Positions 36,926 through 45,993 of a DNA stretch of 64,000 nucleotides are shown one piece after another (positions within the stretch are counted from its first letter, which is position 1; each line of letters begins with the position of its first letter). The DNA lies in contig JBGASD010000004.1 in NCBI GenBank assembly GCA_044229885.1, positions 475,650-539,649 on the forward strand, read 5' to 3'. The position numbers and the translations under genes are program-made. A model generated the notes under the pieces. It saw only the letters and a list, made by a program, of their open reading frames with translations, ran no database searches and was not told where the DNA came from. Source of the DNA: Bacteroidia bacterium. Lineage in GTDB: Bacteria > Bacteroidota > Bacteroidia > B-17B0 > Aurantibacillaceae.

Positions 36926-38552
36926 ATTGTTTTACATATTTATTTTTGTTTTATTGAATGGCTATTTTTTAGCGCAGGTTAAAAAAAATGTAACTGCTGT
37001 AAAAACAACAACACAGGCTCCGGCAAAGGCAATAAATATCTTGCATGGAAACCTTTCTTACGACGAAAGTAAAAGCACTGCCAAACTTTTAACGAATAAT
37101 GCACAGTTTGAACATGATGGCGCTATTTTAAATTGCGATACTGCCTGGTTATACGATAAAGAGAATAGAATGGATGCCTCGGGACATATTGTTATTACAA
37201 AAGGCGATAGCATTACCGTTACAGGCAGCAAACTGCAATACGATGGCAAAACAAAAATGGCCACACTTCAAAACAGTGTTACCTGTACTGAAAAAGATAT
37301 GGTGCTAACAACAAATATTCTCACTTATGATGTTGGTAATGGCATTGCTAATTATTATGACGGTGGTAAAATAGTAAATAAAGAGAATACGCTCGAAAGT
37401 AAGAATGGCCATTATTACTCTGCTACTAAAGACCTTGCTTTTCATTACGATGTGGTGCTTACAAATCCCGGCTATACAATGAAGTCGGATACCTTGCGTT
37501 ATAATACCATCAGCAAAACTGCTTTCTTCCTTGGGCCAAGTATTATCATGAGTAAAACAGATTATATTTATTGTGAGAACGGCTGGTATGATACAGATAA
37601 AGAAAAAGCGCAATTTAGTATTAATGCTTTGCTTGTTACCTCGCAACAAAAGCTTACAGGGGATAGTTTGTTTTATGATCGCAATAAAAAAGAAGGTAGG
37701 GCATTTAGAAACGTTCGTTTAATTGATACATCTCAAAAGTCTATCATCTTTGGAGGTTATGCCGAATTTAAGCAAGAAAAGTCGGAAGCTTTAATTACCA
37801 TAGATCCAATATACGCGCGTATACTTGATAATGATACCTTATTTATTGCAGCAGATACATTGTATCACCGAGATCTTGATTCGGTTGATAATTTTTTAAA
37901 CGCCTATCACAATGTAAAAATATTTAAAAGTGATCTTCAGGCAATGGCCGATTCTGCGGCATTAAACACTAAAGATTCGTTGTTGCAATTGTTTAAAAAC
38001 CCTATGCTCTGGAGCACACGCTCGCAGGCAACATCAAAATTAATAAAAGTGTATATAGGCAAAAGCACCTTAAACGGCTTTAAACTTGAGAGCAACGCCT
38101 TTTTAATTCAGCAGGTTGATTCATTGAAAGAGGATAAGTTTAACCAGCTCAGCGGCCGTAGTATTGAAGGATTAATAAAAAATGATACTATTCGCAAAGT
38201 AATTATTAACGGCAATGCAGAGGCCTTGTATTACGTTAAAAATAAAGATGCAATTGCAGGTTTAAATAAAACCACAACATCAGAAATTAATATGTGGTTT
38301 AAGAACGATGAGATAGAGCGGGTTACGCTTAAACCACAGGTTGATGGGAAAGTAACGCCAATAAGGGATGTTGATGCTGAAGCAACAAAAATAAAAGGCT
38401 TTAACTGGCAATATAATAAACGTCCAAGATCAAAACAGGAACTACATCCGGTAAAAAAAGAAACTAAAAAGATGCAGCCCGAAAAAACTGAAACGAAAGA
38501 AAGCGTTGAAAAATCAGAGCCAAAGAAAACAAAAAAGAAGAAAAAAAATTAA
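36918..38552 (+). CDS. OstA-like (LptA/LptD N-terminal-like) periplasmic protein with a Lys-rich tail
   Basis: 544 aa. The TTG start overlaps the upstream stop (TTGAATAG). Has a signal peptide and repeated beta-jellyroll-like segments (GDSITVTGSKLQYDGKT, MKSDTLRYN, LTGDSLFYDRNKK). The C-terminus is K/E-rich. Confidence 0.55.
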   Translation: MNRLFYIFIFVLLNGYFLAQVKKNVTAVKTTTQAPAKAINILHGNLSYDESKSTAKLLTNNAQFEHDGAILNCDTAWLYDKENRMDASGHIVITKGDSITVTGSKLQYDGKTKMATLQNSVTCTEKDMVLTTNILTYDVGNGIANYYDGGKIVNKENTLESKNGHYYSATKDLAFHYDVVLTNPGYTMKSDTLRYNTISKTAFFLGPSIIMSKTDYIYCENGWYDTDKEKAQFSINALLVTSQQKLTGDSLFYDRNKKEGRAFRNVRLIDTSQKSIIFGGYAEFKQEKSEALITIDPIYARILDNDTLFIAADTLYHRDLDSVDNFLNAYHNVKIFKSDLQAMADSAALNTKDSLLQLFKNPMLWSTRSQATSKLIKVYIGKSTLNGFKLESNAFLIQQVDSLKEDKFNQLSGRSIEGLIKNDTIRKVIINGNAEALYYVKNKDAIAGLNKTTTSEINMWFKNDEIERVTLKPQVDGKVTPIRDVDAEATKIKGFNWQYNKRPRSKQELHPVKKETKKMQPEKTETKESVEKSEPKKTKKKKKN

Positions 38553-39064
38553 TCTTTATAAAATAAAGCTTTTAATTCTGTAGCTTCCTCAGGTTTCATT
38601 CTTCCGCCAAGTATCAAAGATAATTGTCTTCTTCTTAAAGCACTTGCGTAACGTTTTTTCTCTTCATCTGTTTGTGGATCAATTGGCGGTACCGGTAAAG
38701 GCTTTCCGTTTTGATCAATAGCCACAAAGGTTAAGATAGCCTCGTTACATTTTGTTTTTTCGCCTGTTTTTGTATCCTCAACAAACACATCCACAAAAAT
38801 TTCCATGCTGGTTGAAAATGCACGGCTTACTTTTGCTTCTAACGTAACTATGCTTGTTTGTTTAATTGGTTTGTCAAATGAAACCTGGTTAATAGAAGCT
38901 GTTACAACCACATGGCCACAATGACGTTGAGCGCTAATAGCAGCGGTAATATCCACCCATTGCATTAATTTACCACCAAATAAATTACCAATATTATTGG
39001 TATCATTAGGTAAAACTACTTCTGTATTAATAGTTATGGATTGTGAGGGTGTTTTTGCTTTCAT
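38549..39064 (-). CDS. Acyl-CoA thioesterase (hotdog fold, YciA/BFIT-like)
   Basis: 171 aa. NNIGNLFGGKLMQWVDITAAISAQRH is typical of this family. Confidence 0.8.
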   Translation of the reverse strand: MKAKTPSQSITINTEVVLPNDTNNIGNLFGGKLMQWVDITAAISAQRHCGHVVVTASINQVSFDKPIKQTSIVTLEAKVSRAFSTSMEIFVDVFVEDTKTGEKTKCNEAILTFVAIDQNGKPLPVPPIDPQTDEEKKRYASALRRRQLSLILGGRMKPEEATELKALFYKD

Positions 39065-39117
39065 GGCGTTGATGATTAATAAATGTAAAAACTCGTGTAA
39101 AATTACTCATAATACTT

Positions 39118-39125
39118 TATTTTTG
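39118..39125 (+). promoter_or_regulatory. -7 box TATTTTTG only 4 nt upstream of the hemJ ATG
   Basis: The sequence TATTTTTGcagtATG implies a leaderless or near-leaderless transcript. Confidence 0.4.
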
Positions 39126-39129
39126 CAGT

Positions 39130-39714
39130 ATGGATTTAGCATATATAAAAGCATTACATATAATATTTGTAATTTGTTGGTTTGCAGCCTTGTTTTACAT
39201 GGTTCGCTTATTTATTTATTGCACTGATGCTCAAAACAAGGATGAAGTAGCACGTCCTATCTTAACACAACAGTTGTTGTTCATGCAAAAAAAGCTGTGG
39301 TACATTATCGGCTGGCCGGCAATGATAGGCACATATGTATTTGGTTTCTGGTTGATCTTCTCTAATGCTGCTTATTATTTTTCACAACCATGGATGTGGC
39401 TTAAATTAATTGTAGTTGGCCTTTTAACATTATACCATTTGGAATGTCAACGTGTTCTCGGCGCGCAAAAGCAAGGCGTGTTTAAACACAGCTCTTTTAA
39501 ATTACGTTTGTTTAATGAGCTTGCTACTGTTTTTTTAGTGGCTATTGTTTTTTTAGTGGTTGTAAAATCAACAGCAGGTTTATTATGGGGTATTTTAGGT
39601 TTAATTGCCTTTGCAGCTATTTTAATGTTGTGTGTTAAACTTTACAGAAGTAACAGTGCTAAAGATGAAGCAGCGCTAAAAGAAAACGAAAAACTACAAG
39701 AGCCAAAAAAATAA
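39130..39714 (+). CDS. hemJ: Protoporphyrinogen IX oxidase HemJ (UPF0093/CopD-like membrane protein)
   Basis: 194 aa. The N-terminus YIKALHIIFVICWFAALFYMVRLFIY and a 4-5 TM topology are characteristic of HemJ. Confidence 0.7.
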   Translation: MDLAYIKALHIIFVICWFAALFYMVRLFIYCTDAQNKDEVARPILTQQLLFMQKKLWYIIGWPAMIGTYVFGFWLIFSNAAYYFSQPWMWLKLIVVGLLTLYHLECQRVLGAQKQGVFKHSSFKLRLFNELATVFLVAIVFLVVVKSTAGLLWGILGLIAFAAILMLCVKLYRSNSAKDEAALKENEKLQEPKK

Positions 39715-39765
39715 AATTTTACTTCTTATTATTTTTTATTTTCATTATTAAATGTATATTTAAGA

Positions 39766-40743
39766 ATGAACTCAATTTGGACCCAAATAATTACAAGGAT
39801 CGTTCTTAATCGTAAAGAAGCGCTAAATGCAGACGGCACTTATACAAAGTACCAATTGGCAAAAGGGCTTCGCGAATTAAGGATCATGGCCTTTGCCAAT
39901 TTAAAAGACCTTTTACTTATTACTATTGGTATTTTTTCGGCTGCTTTTGGCTTTAAAGGTTTTTTATTGACCAATCATTTTATTGATGGTGGTGCAACTG
40001 GTATCTCTTTACTTATTTCAGCCTTAACAAAAGTGCCTCTTTATATTTTAATTATCGGTATCAATATTCCTTTCATCATTCTTGGTTATAAAATTATTGG
40101 AAAGACCTTTGCTATAAAAACCGCTCTGGCTATTTCAGGACTGGCTTTGTGTGTTGCTACCGTAACGTTTCCGGATGTAACAAAGGATCCTTTGTTAGTA
40201 GCTGTGTTTGGTGGGTTTTTTCTTGGCGCAGGAATTGGCTTGTCTGTTAGAGGGGGTGCTGTTATTGATGGTACAGAAGTATTGGCAATTTATTTAAGTA
40301 GAAAATTCGGTACTACAATAGGGGATATTATCATTGTTATTAATGTGATCATATTTTCTGCTGCTGCTTATTTTCTTTCTATTGAGATTGCGCTTTACTC
40401 CATGATCACTTACCTGGCGGCTTCAAAAACATTAGATTTTTTAATTGAGGGTATTGAAGAATATACAGGTGTTACCATTATTTCATCGCATGCCGAAATG
40501 ATACGGGCCATGATCATTAATACCATGGGTAGGGGTGTAACAGTTTACAATGGCAAGCGTGGTTTTGGAAAGTCAGGTGAATCGTCAAAAAATATTGATA
40601 TTATTTACACGGTTATTACGCGCTTAGAATTAAATAAACTTAATACCGAGATCGAAAAGATAGATCCAAACGCATTTGTTGTAATGAGTTCTGTAAAGGA
40701 TACCAAAGGCGGTATGATAAAAAAGCGTCCTTTAAAACACTAA
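39766..40743 (+). CDS. YitT-family membrane protein with a C-terminal DUF2179 domain
   Basis: 325 aa. GGATGISLLI and GGAVIDGTEVLA repeats are followed by the soluble tail GVTVYNGKRGFG...VITRLELNKL. Confidence 0.8.
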   Translation: MNSIWTQIITRIVLNRKEALNADGTYTKYQLAKGLRELRIMAFANLKDLLLITIGIFSAAFGFKGFLLTNHFIDGGATGISLLISALTKVPLYILIIGINIPFIILGYKIIGKTFAIKTALAISGLALCVATVTFPDVTKDPLLVAVFGGFFLGAGIGLSVRGGAVIDGTEVLAIYLSRKFGTTIGDIIIVINVIIFSAAAYFLSIEIALYSMITYLAASKTLDFLIEGIEEYTGVTIISSHAEMIRAMIINTMGRGVTVYNGKRGFGKSGESSKNIDIIYTVITRLELNKLNTEIEKIDPNAFVVMSSVKDTKGGMIKKRPLKH

Positions 40744-40924
40744 CTTCTATTTTCTCTGTTTTTACATTCACACTGTAAATTTCAAATGCCCAACTACACG
40801 TTTCAGGTTATCAAAAGCAATAAATGCTTAAAAATCTTATTATATATGTGGTCGCCTTTCACTAATAAATGGTAAGCATAATTTTTGCTTTTGTGTTTAA
40901 GTTTGAAACAGAAAAAAATTAAAC

Positions 40925-42340
40925 ATGAAAAAAAATTACTTTCTTATTTTATTGTTTTTTGTAATTACAATTAACTTTTCTTTTTCAACTATTCGCAATG
41001 TACCTGCAAATTATTCAACCATTCAATCTGCTATAAACGCAAGCGTAAATGGCGATACCGTAGTTGTAGCTCCCGGAACTTATTTTGAAAATATTAATTT
41101 CAAGGGAAGAAATATTGTTGTAACGAGCCAGTATTATCTTGCTCAAAATGTTTCTTTTATTAATTCAACTATTATTAATGGCAGCACACCTTTATTTCCC
41201 GATACTGCAAGTTGTGTTGTATTTAATCATGGTGAAACATCAGCAGCCTTATTGCAAGGCTTTACTTTAACAGGTGGCGGTGGCAGCAAATGGCTCGATA
41301 TTCATGGTGCCGGAACCTATCGTGAAGGTGGAGGTATATTAATTGAGTTGAGTTCACCAACCATTAAACATAATCTTATTGTAAATAATTTAATTACAAA
41401 TACAAGTGGCGTTACAAGTACCGGTGGTGGCGGTATTCGTGTAGGTGATGGCAATCCAACAATTTGCAGCAATGCCATTATGTTTAACCAGGCAAAGTAT
41501 GGGCCCGGTGTTGTATTAAATTATACAGGTGTAAAATTAACCAACAATGTTATTGCTTCTAATAGTGGCGGGCAAAGCTATAATGGGGGCTCGGGTATAT
41601 GGGCTATTAATAATTTTAGTGCAACACCAATAATTATTGAGAACAATACGGTTGTAAATAATTATTCTGCTTTGGCAGGTGGTACGGGTGGTATACTTAT
41701 ATGGGGCTGTAATAATACAACACTTCGCAATAATATTGTTTATGGTAATACACCAATGGCAGCACAGGTAAAAACAATTACAATAGCGCCAACAGTTATT
41801 TACAATAATATTGAGAGTGGATACACCGGAACGGGCAATATCAGTCAAAATCCATTGTTTGCTTCAAATAATTATTTTTTAACAACTGGTTCGCCGTGTA
41901 TTGATGCAGGTGATCCTAATTTAATTTATAATGATATTGAAGACCAGGCAAATCTTGGTAATGCATTGTTTCCTTCACTGGCTTTATTGCATAATGATAT
42001 GGGCGCCTTTGGCGGACCATGCGCCTCCAACCTTCCAACCTTTGCCTCCGTAACAAATATTAACGAGCAAAAAAAATCAATAAGTAGTTTTAATGTTTTT
42101 CCTAATCCTTCTTCTTCATACTTTATTTTAAATTTTAAATTAAAACAAACAAAAATCATAAAGATCGAAATATTAAACATGATCGGGCAAGTTGTTAAAG
42201 TTGCTTTTGAAGAAGAAGTAAAACAAGGGGAAAATTCAGTTAAAATAAATAATGATAAGCTTGCCGGAGGAACCTATTTTGTAAGGATAACCGGTAATGA
42301 ATATCTTAATGAGACCGTAAAATTGATCATCACAGATTGA
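40925..42340 (+). CDS. T9SS cargo: right-handed parallel beta-helix protein with a type A C-terminal sorting domain
   Basis: 471 aa with a signal peptide. Carries TIQSAINASVNGDTVVVAPGTY and Gly/Asn-rich beta-helix repeats. The C-terminus reads FNVFPNPSSSYFILNF...GTYFVRITGNEYLNETVKLIITD. Confidence 0.7.
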   Translation: MKKNYFLILLFFVITINFSFSTIRNVPANYSTIQSAINASVNGDTVVVAPGTYFENINFKGRNIVVTSQYYLAQNVSFINSTIINGSTPLFPDTASCVVFNHGETSAALLQGFTLTGGGGSKWLDIHGAGTYREGGGILIELSSPTIKHNLIVNNLITNTSGVTSTGGGGIRVGDGNPTICSNAIMFNQAKYGPGVVLNYTGVKLTNNVIASNSGGQSYNGGSGIWAINNFSATPIIIENNTVVNNYSALAGGTGGILIWGCNNTTLRNNIVYGNTPMAAQVKTITIAPTVIYNNIESGYTGTGNISQNPLFASNNYFLTTGSPCIDAGDPNLIYNDIEDQANLGNALFPSLALLHNDMGAFGGPCASNLPTFASVTNINEQKKSISSFNVFPNPSSSYFILNFKLKQTKIIKIEILNMIGQVVKVAFEEEVKQGENSVKINNDKLAGGTYFVRITGNEYLNETVKLIITD

Positions 42341-42405
42341 TCGTTATCTTCAGTCTTAATGACAATGGTCATTTTTTGGCACTTGTTTTGAAAGTATTAT
42401 TGTAC

Positions 42406-42436
42406 TTATTTTCTTAGTTTTACTGTAAGAAAATAA
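42406..42436. promoter_or_regulatory. Perfect 11-bp inverted repeat TTATTTTCTTA-N9-TAAGAAAATAA upstream of the SRPBCC-cbpA-cbpM operon
   Basis: Arms at 42406-42416 and 42426-42436, 9-nt spacer gttttactg. The repeat ends 21 nt before the ATG at 42458. Confidence 0.35.
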
Positions 42437-42457
42437 AATTCAAAATAATAACCATCT

Positions 42458-42913
42458 ATGGCTGCTAATCATAATTTTACTATTGAGCATAAGTTTAACA
42501 GTCCATTCGCAACTATTTATGATGTAATACTCGATTTTACAAAATTTGGGCATTTTCATCCACACATGAAAACAGTCAAGATAGTTTCCAAAACCCACCC
42601 AAACGAAATTGAATATGAGGTTGATGAAGAAGTGCTGTTGTATGGCTTTATTAAACTAAGGCCAAACTATAAGGCTACAGTTCTTGAAATTGAAAAATAC
42701 AAACACATAAAATATATTTCGCAGGTAAAGAAAAATGTTTATCTCACTATTGATTTTATGTTTTCAGAGAATAAAGAAACCGGAACAACAAAAATAGTTG
42801 AAAAGGTAGATGTTAAGAGTAATCCAATTGTGGCTTCTGTTTTTTTAAATCTCTTAAAACGATCACATTTACAAATGTTTCAAAATTTTATTTCAAATAA
42901 ATACACAGCATAA
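42458..42913 (+). CDS. SRPBCC (START/polyketide-cyclase-like) superfamily protein
   Basis: 151 aa. The N-terminal F..IYDVILDFTKFGHFHP pattern is typical of SRPBCC ligand-binding proteins. Confidence 0.5.
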   Translation: MAANHNFTIEHKFNSPFATIYDVILDFTKFGHFHPHMKTVKIVSKTHPNEIEYEVDEEVLLYGFIKLRPNYKATVLEIEKYKHIKYISQVKKNVYLTIDFMFSENKETGTTKIVEKVDVKSNPIVASVFLNLLKRSHLQMFQNFISNKYTA

Positions 42914-42925
42914 TATTTTCAAATA

Positions 42926-43837
42926 ATGGATTTTATTGATTATTATAAAGTACTGGAATTAAACAATAACGCAACTGAAGCTGAAATAAAAAAAGCTTAC
43001 AGAAAGTTAGCGCGCAAATACCATCCTGATCTTAATCCTAACGATACTAACGCAAAAAAGAAATTTCAACAGATCAATGAAGCCAACGAAGTATTAAGCG
43101 ATCCTGAGAAGCGAAAAAAGTATGATCAGTATGGTAAGGATTGGAAACATGCTGATGAATTTAATAATTACCAACACTCACAAAATAATAAACAGCAAAG
43201 CGAAGGTTATTCATCTCAGCAATGGAGTGGAGGAGGTTTTACAGGCGAAGATTTTTCTGATTTTTTTGGATCTATGTTTGGCGGCCAGGGTAAAGGAAAG
43301 CGCACCCAGGCAAAATACCGTGGCCAGGATTTTAATGCTGAATTACAGTTAAGTTTAAGAGATGTTTTTACAACACATAAACAAACCCTTACAGTAAATG
43401 GCAAAAACATTCGTATAACAATTCCGGCGGGCGTAGAGAATGGGCAGGTAATAAAAATTTCGGGGCACGGCGGCGAAGGCGTGAATGGTGGGCCAAATGG
43501 CGATCTGTATATTACATTTTCGATCGTTAACAATACCAATTTTAAACGCGAAGGAAATAATTTATATTCAGATGTTGATCTGGATCTTTATACTGCTGTT
43601 TTAGGTGGAGATATAACAATTGATACGTTTGACGGTAAAGTAAAATTACCTGTTAAAGCCGAAACGCAAAACGAAACAAAAGTGAAATTAAAAGGTAAAG
43701 GATTTCCCGTGTATAAGCAGGAAGGAGAATTTGGAGATCTTTACGTAACTTTTAAAGTTAAAACACCAGCTAATTTAAGTGAGAAAGAAAAAGAACTATT
43801 TAAGGAATTAGTAAAACTCAGGAACAATGGAAATTGA
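42926..43837 (+). CDS. cbpA: DnaJ-class co-chaperone without a zinc finger (CbpA-like curved-DNA-binding protein)
   Basis: 303 aa. J domain [34 protein letters not shown], then a G/F-like region, no CxxCxGxG repeats, and DnaJ C-terminal domains. Confidence 0.8.
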   Translation: MDFIDYYKVLELNNNATEAEIKKAYRKLARKYHPDLNPNDTNAKKKFQQINEANEVLSDPEKRKKYDQYGKDWKHADEFNNYQHSQNNKQQSEGYSSQQWSGGGFTGEDFSDFFGSMFGGQGKGKRTQAKYRGQDFNAELQLSLRDVFTTHKQTLTVNGKNIRITIPAGVENGQVIKISGHGGEGVNGGPNGDLYITFSIVNNTNFKREGNNLYSDVDLDLYTAVLGGDITIDTFDGKVKLPVKAETQNETKVKLKGKGFPVYKQEGEFGDLYVTFKVKTPANLSEKEKELFKELVKLRNNGN

Positions 43838-44105
43838 GAATTTTATACCGGCAAAATATTTTTGTGAAGTATATAAAGTAGATGCTTCATTTGTTGATTC
43901 GTTGAAAGAATATGGTTTGATAACCATAATTGTTTATGAAGAAACTGAATATATAGAAAAAGAAAAGCTACATGAGCTTGAAAAAATGATCCGTTTACAT
44001 TATGATCTTAATATAAACATAGAAGGTATCGAGGCCATCTCACATTTATTGAATAAGATTGATGATTTACAGCATGAGATAAATATTCTTAAAAGTAAGT
44101 TATAA
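43827..44105 (+). CDS. cbpM: Chaperone modulator CbpM-like (MerR-type HTH fold)
   Basis: 92 aa. It overlaps the cbpA stop by 11 nt, which is the typical cbpA-cbpM arrangement. Ends in a coiled-coil tail. Confidence 0.6.
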   Translation: MEIENFIPAKYFCEVYKVDASFVDSLKEYGLITIIVYEETEYIEKEKLHELEKMIRLHYDLNINIEGIEAISHLLNKIDDLQHEINILKSKL

Positions 44106-44666
44106 AAACTCTTTCACCGCATCCTTAAAAAATAAATTAAAATTTTCTTCCAATTCTTTTTCGTGCTGTTTAAATAAAACAATTGATTCGTTGAGCATAA
44201 CCTGGTGTTTTATCCTGTGTGACAAGTGAAACAATACTCGCTCAATGCCTTCTAAAGATGAGTATTCATAATAGATATTATTCTTTAAAACATAATCCAG
44301 AAAATTAGAGCTGCTCTTTGGCAATAAATTTTGGTTTTGAGTATAGATCTTATAAACATTATCACAAAATTCTTTTAAAGTTACAGAAGAATAGTTGCTG
44401 AAATTCTTAGCTAAAAAATGATCAAAATAAATATCTATGAGTATGCCGCTATACTTCTCAAAGCCATTATAAAATAAGCGTTTTGAGGCTTTGAATTTTT
44501 CGTGAGAATCGGTAAACGAATCAATCCTTCTGTGAAGATGAATGCCTTCTATTATTTGAGATGAATAATCCTTAAAATCATTGCCACGCAAATGGTCTGC
44601 AATAAAGTTGCCTATCAACAGATCTGTATTATTGTTTGATAAAAAAGCGTGGGCCAGGTAATTCAT
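44100..44666 (-). CDS. acpH: Acyl carrier protein phosphodiesterase
   Basis: 188 aa. The N-terminal MNYLAHAFLS plus GNFIADHLRG and HRRIDSFTD are AcpH motifs. Confidence 0.75.
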   Translation of the reverse strand: MNYLAHAFLSNNNTDLLIGNFIADHLRGNDFKDYSSQIIEGIHLHRRIDSFTDSHEKFKASKRLFYNGFEKYSGILIDIYFDHFLAKNFSNYSSVTLKEFCDNVYKIYTQNQNLLPKSSSNFLDYVLKNNIYYEYSSLEGIERVLFHLSHRIKHQVMLNESIVLFKQHEKELEENFNLFFKDAVKEFL

Positions 44667-44712
44667 TTATGTAAATGTAAATAAACTTAAGTAAAATACT
44701 TATTTTTATGGC

Positions 44713-45408
44713 ATGAACATTTTTATTGCCTCAGTTCAGGATAAAACAGCCACTCTTACCAGCGAAGAAAGCTGGCATTGTGCTAAAGTATTACGTAAAA
44801 AAGCCGGTGATGCTATACAATTAATTGATGGTAAAGGCAATTTTTATGAAGCTGTTTTAGAATTGGTAACTGATAAAAAATGTACTGCTAACATAACTTC
44901 CGGTCCGGTTTTACAAGCTAAACGTAATTATTATTTGCATTTAGCGATTGCGCCAACTAAACAAATAGATAGAATAGAGTGGATGATAGAAAAGGCGGTT
45001 GAAATTGGTATTGATGAGATCAGCTTTATTAATTGCAAGAATTCTGAACGTACGGTAATAAAAACCGAGCGTATTCATAAGATCGTTGAAAGTGCTGTTA
45101 AACAAAGCCTGCAGGCTTATTTACCAAAAGTAAATGATTTAACGTTTTTTAAAGAAATAATGAATGCTTCAAAAGAAGATCAAAAATTAATTGCGCATTG
45201 TTACGATTCTGAAAAAGAAAATTTAAAACAAATTGATTTTAAAAATAAGTCAACTTTAATTTTAATTGGTCCTGAAGGCGATTTTGCAAAAGAAGAAGTT
45301 GATCTTGCAATAAGTAATAAATTTAAAGCCGTAAGTTTTGGTAACAACCGCCTAAGAACAGAAACAGCCGGGCTTTATGTTTGCCAGGCTGCTTCCATTT
45401 TATCCTAA
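44713..45408 (+). CDS. rsmE: 16S rRNA (uracil1498-N3)-methyltransferase
   Basis: 231 aa. PUA-like N-terminus (HCAKVLRKKAGDAIQLIDGKG) and a SPOUT C-terminal domain (LILIGPEGDFAKEE...LRTETAG). Confidence 0.85.
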   Translation: MNIFIASVQDKTATLTSEESWHCAKVLRKKAGDAIQLIDGKGNFYEAVLELVTDKKCTANITSGPVLQAKRNYYLHLAIAPTKQIDRIEWMIEKAVEIGIDEISFINCKNSERTVIKTERIHKIVESAVKQSLQAYLPKVNDLTFFKEIMNASKEDQKLIAHCYDSEKENLKQIDFKNKSTLILIGPEGDFAKEEVDLAISNKFKAVSFGNNRLRTETAGLYVCQAASILS

Positions 45409-45415
45409 ATAAATT

Positions 45416-45976
45416 TTATAGTAATGAAGTGATCTCTGTGCTTAATGGATCAACTTTGCTTGGAAAGAATTTTACAATATTTCCTTTTTCATCGATTAAA
45501 TATTTACAAAAGTTCCAGTTAGGTGCTTTGTCATTTACACCGTTTAATGCTTTATTGCTTAACCATCTGTATAAAGGGTCAGCATCATCGCCGGTAACAC
45601 TTATCTTATCCATCATTTGAAATGTAACACCGTAATTTTTTGTGCAAAAGCTTTTGATCTCAGTATTTGTGCCAGGCTCTTGTTTACCGAAATTGTTTGC
45701 CGGAAAACCAATTAGTACAACCTTACTACCATATTGCTCGTGTAGAGCCTGTAAATTTTTATATTGAGGTGTATAGCCACATTCGCTGGCAACATTTATT
45801 AAAAGCATTTTTTTGCCTTTAAATTTTGCCAAAGTTATTTCTTCACCATCAATAGTTTTTAAGTTAAAGTCGTAAATGCTTCGTTGTGGTTGTTTAACGC
45901 TTGTACCTGCCCAAAAAACAGCAATAATAGCAGTTATTAAAAATAGACCGCTGATCTTTAAAATTGATTTTTTCAT
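45416..45976 (-). CDS. Glutathione peroxidase (Cys-type), secreted or periplasmic
   Basis: 186 aa with a signal peptide. NVASECGYTPQY holds the catalytic Cys. FPANNFGKQEPG and WNFCKYLI are GPx blocks. Confidence 0.9.
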   Translation of the reverse strand: MKKSILKISGLFLITAIIAVFWAGTSVKQPQRSIYDFNLKTIDGEEITLAKFKGKKMLLINVASECGYTPQYKNLQALHEQYGSKVVLIGFPANNFGKQEPGTNTEIKSFCTKNYGVTFQMMDKISVTGDDADPLYRWLSNKALNGVNDKAPNWNFCKYLIDEKGNIVKFFPSKVDPLSTEITSLL

Positions 45977-45993
45977 GTTGTGTTTTTTTAATT

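Noticed and set aside
42358-42377. Short hairpin AATGAC-aatg-GTCATT followed by a T run after the beta-helix T9SS cargo gene
   Set aside because: A 6-bp AT-rich stem is marginal. It is plausible as a weak terminator but not supportable without 3'-end data.
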